From: Octopus vulgaris
Taxonomy: Eukaryota
DNA length: 64,000 bases
Direction of reading: 5' to 3'
Assembly: GCA_951406725.2 (NCBI GenBank)
Contig: OX597834.1
Location: forward strand, 13,082,001-13,146,000
The position numbers were made by a program, and so were the translations under genes. The notes below the pieces were generated by a model. That model was not told the origin of the DNA, did no database searches, and saw only the letters and a list, made by a program, of their open reading frames with translations. Each line of letters begins with the position of its first letter. Within the stretch, counting starts at the first letter, position 1. Positions 53,583-64,000 of the stretch are shown in pieces.

Positions 53583-53659
53583 GAAGAAGAAGAAGAAGAA
53601 GAAGAAGAAGAAGAAGAAGAAGAAGAAGAAGAATAAATAGTAGTAGTAGAAGAAGAAGA

Positions 53660-53697
<38 letters not shown>

Positions 53698-53853
53698 AAG
53701 AAGAGGAAGTAGTAGTAGTAGTAGTAGTAGTAGAGGTAGTAGTAGTAGATGAAGAAGAAGAAGAAAAGAAGAAGTAGTAGTAGTAGTAGTAGAAGAAGAA
53801 GAAGAAGAAGAAGAAGAAGAAGAAGAAGAAGAAGAAGAAGAAGAAGAAGAAGA
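53583..53853. repeat. (GAA)n/(TAG)n compound triplet repeat
   Basis: Direct reading. Confidence 0.95.
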
Positions 53854-54161
53854 AATAACAAAAGCTATAAAACAAGTGAAATCCAAACTAAATGATTGTA
53901 TGACGCTTTAGTGTCCTACATGTTAAATTTCCACCTATTTATTTGTGCAACTGAATATGGCACTGCAATTAAATTGATGAAATGATTGCATTGTCCAATT
54001 AAAAGAAGACGCTTGAAACGTTCGTACTGCATCACTATTTGATATCCTGTTGCTTATTTTTTTATTTTATTCACTCTACATCGTGCTGCGCGGTTAATAC
54101 CGGACAGACTTGATGCTTCAACTTAAGTGCCACTTCCACTGAATCTCAATTATTTCTATAT

Positions 54162-54535
54162 CTCTCTCTCTTTACTCTTTTACTTGTTTCAGTCATTTGA
54201 CTGCGGCCGCCTTTAGTCGGGCAAATCGACCCCGGGACTTATTCTATCGGTCTCTCTTTTGCCGAACCGCTAGATGACGGGGACGTAGATACACCAGCAT
54301 CGGTTGTCAAGCCATGCTAGGGAGACAAACACAGACACACACACATAATACATAAATATATATATACATATATACGACAGGCTTCTTTCAGTTTCCGTCA
54401 ACCAAATCCACTCACAAGGCATTGGTCGGCCCGAGGCTATAGTAGAAGACACTTGCCCAAGGTGCCACGCAGTGGGACTGAACCTGGAACCATGTGGTTG
54501 GTTAGCAAGGTACTTACCCCACAGCCCTCCTGCGC
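54162..54535 (-). mobile_element. SINE family A (two small deletions)
   Basis: Match to family A. Confidence 0.9.
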
Positions 54536-54976
54536 ATATATGCGTGTGTTTGTATTTTATTTTATATTCTTTTACTTGTTTCAGTCATTAGACTTTGGTT
54601 ATGCTGGAGCACACCCTTTATTCTTTGTGTCGAACCACAAGTGATAACAGAAAGCAGATTCTCGGAAGCACAAAGGAAGCTGGTTTTAATTGTGAACCTA
54701 TCTGAATAGGAATTCTGAGCCTTCAAGTAGGTTAGGGCATGTCCCCCAATTTGGGAATACATACTCTTTACCCGTTGGTTTCGCGGTTGTTATTCCTTGT
54801 GAAACCAGTTGATTTCACAAAGAGCTGTACTGAAAGGAACTGAAGGAAGATTACAGACTTTGACCGAGGTTAATTGTTGAATTGAGGAAATCGATTTAGA
54901 GAAAGACGTAAGAATTCGATATTCTGAATCATCCCTTTCGTTTATTTGTGTTATTGCTTCGTAGGAGAATTCCCCC

Positions 54977-55367
54977 TCTTACTTGTTTCAGTCATTTGAT
55001 TGCGGCCATGCTGGAGCACCGCCTTTAATCGAGCAACTCAGCCCCGGGACTTATTCTTTGTAAGCCTAGTACTTACTCTACCGGTATCTTTTGACGAACC
55101 GCTAAGTAACGGGGACATAAACACACCAGCATCGGTTGTCAAGCGATGTTAGATGGAACAAAGAGAGACACACAAACATATACACACACGCATATATGTA
55201 TATATACATACATATATACGACGGGCTTCTTTCAGTTTCCGTCTACCAAATCCACTCACAAGGCTTTGGTCGGCCTGAGGCTATAGTAGAAGACACTTGC
55301 CCAAGGTGCCACGCAGTGGGACTGAACCCGGAACCACGTGGTTGGTAAACAAGCTACTTACCACACA
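54977..55367 (-). mobile_element. SINE family A
   Basis: Match to family A. Confidence 0.9.
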
Positions 55368-55864
55368 AACATTTAATTCATCTCAGTTATCTCAGACACA
55401 GAAACGCCGCGTATGCAACCAAGTCTTAAACTCTATAAGTATCATAAACCAATGACGCAATTAACATTTCTAGACCTAGATTTAGTGAATGGGGTGAAGC
55501 CAGTTCAAACACAAGCTTATTCAGTAGCAGAGATAAAACAATAAATCGATCGTTTTCTTTGCATGTTTTCCTTAATTTGAACAATCTTATCTCACAAATG
55601 ACATACCAGAGACAAGAACTTGAATCTCATTTCAATTTCCCTACATGAAACCCTTTCTGCCGAGCGAGAATGATCAATTTCATAACCTATTAATTTTATA
55701 TAAAATCAATATCACATATTGATTCGCACTCAAAACCCGTAAAGGAACTATTCCAAGGCGGAAAGGAGGATAATTAGGAACTCAACGAACGCCTTCCTTT
55801 TTCTTTAAGTAACGTTATACGCGTACCTCTTTCTGTACATCTATATACACACACACACACACGT

Positions 55865-55907
<43 letters not shown>

Positions 55908-56001
55908 CAAACCTGACACATTCACAAAAGTACATATATGCATGAATATATGTCTATACTCTCTCACGCATACAGACATATATAAATAACTCGTTTACAT
56001 C

Positions 56002-56106
<105 letters not shown>

Positions 56107-56158
56107 ATACACACTCACGCAATGACACATATATAAATAACTTATTTACATCTCTGTA

Positions 56159-56202
<44 letters not shown>

Positions 56203-56264
56203 TATATGTATGTATATATGTATATATATCTAATTTTATATTATATATATATATATATATACAC

Positions 56265-56365
<101 letters not shown>

Positions 56366-56634
56366 GACTACATGTGCGTATGTACGCGTGCACGTGTGTG
56401 TATCTATGTGAAGTTTTCGTTACCTCTTTACAGTCTTCAACATGTGAAGCATTTCTATACACATCTGCAGTGCACAAGCAAACGGAATTAAAAGTCATCG
56501 GAAATTTCTCCGTACGTAAAATAATGAAGACCACAAATTACGTTGAAAATTGAGAAAAACGCAGTGAAACTATTTCCGTTCTGTACTCACAACTGCGACG
56601 CATACATTCGATCATGTGCAGACACATACATACA

Positions 56635-56707
<73 letters not shown>

Positions 56708-56790
56708 ATTTATATATGTGTCGGTGCGTGAGTGTGTATACATGTGTTTATATATATATAAATATATATACATACATATATATGTATATA

Positions 56791-56866
<76 letters not shown>

Positions 56867-56893
56867 GCATCTATCTATATATATATGTATATG

Positions 56894-56960
<67 letters not shown>

Positions 56961-56967
<7 letters not shown>

Positions 56968-57093
56968 GTAAAAAATAAATACAGACATGGACAAGAACAT
57001 GAAACACCAAAGAGACGACACAAGAACCACAGGACGGGACATTCGAAGCCCTCAGTCATCAGTCAAGAACCAGATCATCTTCGCAATTTCGGC
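56961..57093 (-). mobile_element. Short repeat inserted in (TA)n, related to 21241-21305
   Basis: agtaaaaa..atac..ggacaagaac..agacga.aca is shared with 21241-21305, and (TA)n lies on both flanks. Confidence 0.5.
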
Positions 57094-57124
<31 letters not shown>

Positions 57125-57747
57125 GTGTGTATATATAAATGCGTGTCTTTATATATATATATATAATCACATGTAGAATCATAAACTTTTTCTCTTCCTT
57201 GATGTGAATCATGGCTACAAAAATTGCCAAATAACTCGGTGTCGAACACGAGTCATCCTGACATTTATTCAAACCGAAAGGGTATTTCAGTTCATAGAAT
57301 ACATTTCCAATAAAATAATCCCGCATAAATACAAAGGTAGCATAATAACAGTAATGGATGGAATGTGTTATAAACAAAAGCACCTCGGAAAGTAGATGTT
57401 GTTCTTCAGCGTAAAAAGGAAAATAAAATGATATATAATTTATAGGTTCTTTTTTTTAATCTGCCGGTTTCTATGTAGACTGCATACGTAAGTCATTGCA
57501 TAACTATGCAGAATAGTCAGGAAGTTCATTTGGCAATGGTGAAGTTTAGACTGACATTGAGATTACAAATTCTGGCGTGTTGTGGTTTGGTAAGACATAG
57601 TGATTACCCACGGCAAGCACACGTGTGAACATACGCAAACGTACGAAAATAAGTCGACAAAATAAGTAGAATTTGGATACTGGTCGTTATAACAATTTTC
57701 CTTGCACTCTATAAATATTCGCCTTGTGCTGCCACTAATACAACGGA

Positions 57748-57910
57748 TACTACTACTACTATTACTGCTACTACTATTACTACTACTACTAATACTACTA
57801 CTACTGCTGCTGCTGCTGCTACTACTGATGCTACTACTGCTACCACCACCACCACCACCAACGCCGGCGCCACCACCACCACCACCACCACCACTACGAC
57901 CAATACCACC

Positions 57911-57979
<69 letters not shown>

Positions 57980-58003
57980 GCCGTTGCTGCTGCTGCTGCT
58001 GCT
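57748..58003. repeat. (CTA)n/(CTG)n/(CAC)n compound triplet repeat
   Basis: Direct reading. Confidence 0.95.
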
Positions 58004-58287
58004 GGAATACATTAAGAAATATACTTTCAATAAACATGTTTCTTTAAACATCGCTATAATAATTATAATAAAGAGGATTCCTATCAGGAGTATTAGAATA
58101 GAATTCAGTTCGTAAGATTACATATAATATAATGTGAAAACAGTTTAAATCAAGCTTCTTGACATTTCCAGTTACCAACTCCACCCACAATGATTTGCTC
58201 AGCCCCAGGTTGTAGTAGAAATCGTTTGCTCCAAGTGCCATGCAGTGGTTGAGAAACAAGCATCTTATCACACATCACAAGTCACGC

Positions 58288-58446
58288 CTATACATACAAA
58301 CATACATACATACATACATACATACATACATACATACATACATACATACATACATACATACGTACATACATACATACATACATACGTACATACATACATA
58401 CGTACATACGTACATATATACATACATACATACATACATATACATA
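58288..58446. repeat. (TACA)n microsatellite
   Basis: Direct reading. Confidence 0.95.
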
Positions 58447-58621
58447 AGGACAAAATAAACTAGCAATTGTCATTTTGTCTTTTCTGCTGGTGCTGTATGA
58501 ACATTCAAAGTGGTTTTAGATACACTAATTTATAATTTTAATAATAATTATTATCTTTGAAGGCATTTATTCCTATGCTGGCCACTTGATGAGATATTTA
58601 AATTAACGATCTTATTGATAT

Positions 58622-59004
58622 GGAAGCACTCCGTCGGTTCCGACGACGAGGGTTCCGGTTGATCCTATCAACGGAACAGCCTGCTCGTGAAATTAACGTG
58701 TAAGTGGCTGAGCACTCCACAGACACGTGTACCCTTAATGTAGTTCTCGGGGATATTCAGCGTGACACAGAGAGTGACAAGGCCGGCCCTTTGAAATACA
58801 GGTACAACAGAAACAGGAAGTAAGAGTGAGAGCAAGTTGTGGTGAAAGAGTACAGCAGGGATCACCACCATCCCCTGCCGGAGCCCCGTGGAGTTTTAGG
58901 TGTTTTCGCTCCATAAACACTCACAACGCCCGGTCTGGGAATCGAAACTGCGATCCTACGACCGCGAGTCCGCTGCCCTAACCACTGGGCCATTGCGCCT
59001 CCAC
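58622..59004 (-). mobile_element. SINE family C
   Basis: Near-identical to the 26542 and 59202 copies. Head gtggaggcgcaatggcccagtggttagggcagcggactcgcggtcg. Confidence 0.9.
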
Positions 59005-59185
59005 TTTATTTATATATATATATTTCGATGGGAGAATGAATTACCCTATGTTTACCGTTAACATGGAAAATTCAATGAACCGTTACCAGGGTAGCAAGTT
59101 AACGCCAGAAACTCGGTTGAAGTGACCTATCTAAAGGAAAAATCTCCGGTTTAATGTGCTGTAATTTGTGTGTTATAGATGAATA

Positions 59186-59586
59186 TTTTTTTTTTTTTTT
59201 TGGAAGCACTCCGTCGGTTACGACGATGAGGGTTCCTGTTGATCCGAATCAACGGAACAGCCTGCTCGTGAAATTAACGTGTAAATGGCTGAGCACTCCA
59301 CAGACACGTGCACCCTTAACGTATTTCTCGGGGATATTCAGCGTGACACAGAGAGTGACAAAGCCGGCCCCTTGAAATACAGGTACATCAGAAACAGGAA
59401 GTAAGAGTGAGAGAAAGTTGTGGTGAAAGAGTACAGCAGGGATCACCACCATCCCCTGCCGGAGCCTCGTGGAGCTTTTAGGTGTTTTCGCTCAATAAAC
59501 ACTCACAACGCCCGGTCTGGGAATCGAAACCGCGATCCTATGACCGCGAGTCCGCTGCCCTAACCACTGGGCCATTGCGCCTCCAC
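59186..59586 (-). mobile_element. SINE family C with poly(A) tail and 9-bp TSD
   Basis: T16 at 59186-59201, and agatgaata at 59177-59185 and 59587-59595. Confidence 0.92.
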
Positions 59587-59621
59587 AGATGAATAAATAA
59601 ATAGATAATAAAACCCTGTTG

Positions 59622-59677
59622 TCTTCGAAACATATGTCGAAGGTAAAAAATATTTATTAACATCTTCGTTAAACTCC

Positions 59678-59680
<3 letters not shown>
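59622..59680 (+). mobile_element. Family F-related 3' fragment (half hammerhead)
   Basis: cttcGAAAcatatgTCgaa...cgttaaactccattt followed by (TA)n. No CUGANGA half upstream. Confidence 0.55.
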
Positions 59681-59735
<55 letters not shown>

Positions 59736-61069
59736 TTTATATGTTTATTCAAGTATGTGTGTGTCTACCTCCACATATGTCTATAATTTTTTTTACTATG
59801 TTTCTATTTCAAATAAAACATTCCATCTACGTTGTCAATGGCAATAATACCTTCTCTCGACAAATCGAATGTAAACATATGAATTCTGTTAGAAGCGCCC
59901 GTTCCCAGTTTATCAGATCCATGCGTTTCGGAGGAGAATGTTCTTCTTCGGCATTAAATACCGCAAAGATATATGAATGCGTGTCTGTTCGTGTGTGTGT
60001 ATTTGTATATTATGTGTATGTTTAGAGGTATGTACATTTGATGCGGAGGCATATCTATGTAAGAAGAACGGTTTTAAATCATATACGTTATAATCTAATT
60101 TATAGAGTTATGTTCGTTATGTACTGCCTTATATCCTTTATATCATACCAGGACAACATATAATTATTAATGGCAAATGTGATATCCACAGTTTATTATC
60201 GCTCAGCTCAGAGCAGCAAGACGTATGCACCACTTGGGTGTAATTTAGAACAGTATAGAGACATACAACCATATCAAACACCTTACTAAATAGTTATTGT
60301 TGTATAAAAATTATGTCAGTATCACGAGGGTGTATCTTAATTATAGAATAGCATTTAAAATTAGTATCATATGAGTAGTTGCCTGATAAACAATCTTATA
60401 GATAGCTACAGACAGACAAATAATCAAGTTTATGGAATGACTACGAAGCATCTTATCTGTATGATTAATTCACTGGAAAAATTGAGTTGTTATGGTTTCG
60501 ATATAAATTTGTGTTTTATGAATAAACGGTTTTTGTATGTCATAGGACTTCACTATTCTGTTTTATATATATATATCTACAAATTGTCTGAAAAAGATGT
60601 GTTCTCAGTTGTATTGGTAGGAAGAAGTAGATGACAAATCAAAAGAAGTGAAGACGATCATGAGACTATGAGAGACAGAGGATGGAAAAGAAGAGAACAT
60701 AAAAACAGCAAATATAAGAAATGAAGGAGAAGAAGAAAGAAAGAAGGAAAGAAAGAATGAAAGAAAGAAGGAAAGTGATGTGGCAAATAAAGGGTTGGGC
60801 ATTTGATCGCAACATATATTCATTTCATTTCAAAGAATTTTTAAACATTTGTCTGGATTTCGTTATTCAAACGTCTGTGTAGGGGAGGTTGGTAACGAAT
60901 CCTTTTATCTGACGGAAAATTCCAACTGATGGATACCAAGAGCTGGAGTTTGTTGTAGATAGTTTTGTATCTTGTAGGTCAGCAGTCAACAAGTACGAGT
61001 TCAATAAGCGATCGGGGAATATGATTCTTGGAAGTGAATAGGCTGTTCTGTGTATGACGATGATGTACA

Positions 61070-61417
<348 letters not shown>

Positions 61418-62034
61418 TGTATTTAATATATAAAACAATATTGAATGCATAGGCATAAATAATGTTGTATACGGTTTCGCGGTATAAATACATAAACACT
61501 CACACAAGAGCAAACATGTATACACACACACATACATATATAATAAAACACAAACTTATTGTTTCAAAACTAGTTCAAATAATATATTTCTTTGAACTGT
61601 ATACTGCATTCTATTTTGCGTTTGATTCCATAAATATTGCTTCACATATATTTATGAATTTCGTGCAAAATACTCCTCCGAGTTTTGAATAATTGAATCA
61701 TACAGACGAGCGTGTATCAATTTTATATTTTAACTTTGTTGCAAGTTTCACATCAGTTTTTCCGTTTTTTTCTTCCTTTTTTTTCTGAATACTTTTTATA
61801 CTGAAGATGAACTCCTTTCTATGACACACATGGACGGAAATGAAAGTTTAATATTTCATAATGTACTCCATTTATATGATGATTAATGTAAAATTTCATT
61901 TGCTTTCTCTCTGACCCACATCTCTCCGTTTGTGAGTGAAGATGCCTACACTCCCTCTCGTTCTCTCACTCTCTCTTTTTCCTCCTTCTATGAATGCCTG
62001 TTCTTACGTGCGCGCATGTGTATATGTATAATTA

Positions 62035-62114
<80 letters not shown>

Positions 62115-62117
<3 letters not shown>

Positions 62118-62344
62118 TCGCCATGGGCTCTTAGGAGCCTAGTTCGATTTGTTTTTGCTCCGCCTCTGTTCTGTTTTTGTTTTTTTCCAACGGATTTCCT
62201 ATTTCTTCCTGAAGAGAAAGACACAATATGGTCCCATTATTCAATCGGATTTTGGTAAATTGTGCCTTTCGAAACACGTGTAGAATGAAATAAAACAATT
62301 TCTGTTCAATCTGCGTTCAGCTCCATTTCTTCAATTCACCAATA

Positions 62345-62350
<6 letters not shown>
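62115..62350 (+). mobile_element. PLE-type mini-element family I between (TA)n tracts
   Basis: A unique block of about 235 bp bounded by (TA)n on both sides and containing a hammerhead motif. Confidence 0.75.
62201..62291 (+). ncRNA. Hammerhead motif, canonical CUGAAGA core, long stem II
   Basis: atttcttc CTGAAGA gaaagacacaat...attgtgcctttc GAAA cacgtg TA gaa(t)gaaat. Stem II is 11/12 paired and stem III is the palindrome acacgtgt. Confidence 0.8.
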
Positions 62351-62431
<81 letters not shown>

Positions 62432-62519
62432 CTATGTATATATATATGTGAGTGTGTTTGTATTTATGTATATGTATGTATATATGTGTAGATATGCATA
62501 AATATCTTATGTATGTATA

Positions 62520-62732
62520 GGCGGTGAGCTGGCAGAAATGTTAGCACGCCGGATGATATTCTTGGCAGTATTTCCTGTCTTTATCTTCTGAGTTCAAATT
62601 CCACCGACGTCGACTTTGCCTTTTATGCTTTCGGGGTCCATAAATTAAGTACCAGTTGCTTACCTGCATCGATCTAATAGTAACACCCACTCCCCCCAAA
62701 TTTCTGGCCTTGTGCCTATAGTAGAAAAGAAT
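62520..62732 (+). mobile_element. SINE family B variant with alternative 3' tail
   Basis: ggcggtgagctggcagaaatgttagcacgcc...ccccaaatttctggccttgtgcctatagtagaaaagaat. Confidence 0.85.
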
Positions 62733-63134
62733 ATCAACACACCACCACCAACAACAACACCACATTTATCCGCCTCTTGCTCTCAATACAAGTACCTGTA
62801 AATCTTTCATTATCTACCTTCTGCTTCAGCAAACTTTTCTTCAGCCACATAATAAGCATTCTTTCCTCACCCGACCACCCGTCTTTAACACCTCTTTCTC
62901 TCTTTATTTTCCTCGTCGCTTTCTCTCGTTCTTCGCCTCTGCCTTTAGCTCACTTACGTGATACTTTCGCTTATTAGTAACTTTTCTCTACTGCTTCCTC
63001 TCTTCTTTATTCATTTCTACCTCTTTCTCTCTCACTCTTATACTATATCTCACTCACTCCACCTCCAACTCTCCAACTAACTAAGGTATAACGGGCAAAC
63101 GAACAAACAGATTATATTAGTGCGTGTGTCTGTG

Positions 63135-63264
63135 TGTTTGTTTGTTTGTTTGTTTGTATGTATGTATCTATGTATGTATGTATGTATGTATGTATGTATG
63201 TATGTATGTATGTATGTATGTATGTATGTATTTATGGATGGATGGATGGAGGGAGGGAGGGAGG
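63135..63264. repeat. (GTTT)n(TATG)n(GGAT)n(GGGA)n tetranucleotide series
   Basis: Direct reading. Confidence 0.9.
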
Positions 63265-64000
63265 GTGACGAGAATAACAATAATTACATTAGGCAAAATA
63301 GGCAGTTGATAAGAACGGGTCTTAATGACCGCTCGCGAATAAAAGAATATTTTAACGCCTTGAATGTGAGGCCTTTGTCAGGAGATACGATAAAAAGGGA
63401 CACATATTCAGAATTACTAGGATTGAGAGATGCAGGCGGGATGCAAACTTTTATAGTCCAAAGGAGGGCTTCTATTTCCATGAGTTACTGTGTGTATGTG
63501 TATATTTTTCTAATTGTATATACTGTATTTCCCCATTGTAATTTCTGCATATACCTTCATTCACTATTACTAAGAAGAGTTCACTTTGCTTATCAACAAA
63601 TAAGCTGTTTTACTTATGTATACAGTGTAATGTTATTACCATGGATGTTAATAATATCTCCATGGAGCACTGTACTCAATGCAAGAGGCACGTGAGAGGC
63701 GGGCGCCAGTCTACGATACCTGACAGCTCCTTCAAGCTGATATAGACAAGGACTGTATAAAACCAAAATATGTTTTTCATCAGCATGCAATGTGCAAGTT
63801 GAATTTCCTGTGGTCATATATTACAATACGATATATCTGAAAAAGAAGGGCAGTCTGACCTGTCTTAGAAAAACCTATAAGCATATGAACTTGAAACGTG
63901 GTATGATTTAAGAGTAGACACATTTCCAATACATCTACTGGGGAGACGATATTTTCTCCAGATTTCTGTTAACAGTCAATTACAGCTACATGGAAACTGT

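Noticed and set aside
57030-57093. CTGATGA on the minus strand in a TA-embedded repeat
   Set aside because: It is followed by GAAT rather than GAAA, and I could not form stems I-III. Kept only as a repeat.
58925-59004. tRNA gene-like sequence in the SINE C head (also the A and B heads)
   Set aside because: It has A/B boxes but no closing acceptor stem, and it is fused to a SINE body with tail and TSD.
60870-61066. Possible RTE-like 3' end (tgacgatgatg tail) or exon
   Set aside because: Only a weak DRGI* resemblance with multiple stops, which is insufficient to call.
63270-63490. Non-repetitive part of the 191-aa ORF 63120..63695
   Set aside because: The ORF starts in a microsatellite, and it has no recognisable domain or convincing splice sites.

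Overview
This is AT-rich, microsatellite-dense eukaryotic non-coding DNA. Its repeat content resembles an octopus (coleoid cephalopod) genome, which is an inference from repeat style and was not verified. I could not identify any intact host protein-coding gene, and nearly all ORF-track entries are translated (TA)n/(CA)n/triplet repeats. The window holds three tRNA-headed SINE-like families (called A, B and C here), remnants of RTE-type LINEs, a mariner end, a Chapaev3-like transposase end and other DNA-transposon ends. The main result is a dense set of short Penelope-like element (PLE)-type inserts sitting in (TA)n tracts, many of them fold-back palindromes. Together they carry 16 minimal type I hammerhead-ribozyme motifs from about 8 sequence families. 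Almost all have a self-complementary stem III, and the catalytic cores vary: canonical CUGANGA, CCGANGA, compensatory G3:C8 (GUGAACA) and U3:A8 (UUGAAAA) swaps, and a recurrent A6U form (CUGUNGA). One 1.6-kb near-perfect palindrome also keeps the C-terminus of a PLE-type GIY-YIG endonuclease, which ties the ribozymes to PLEs. All folds were read by eye; ribozyme activity and novelty are untested.
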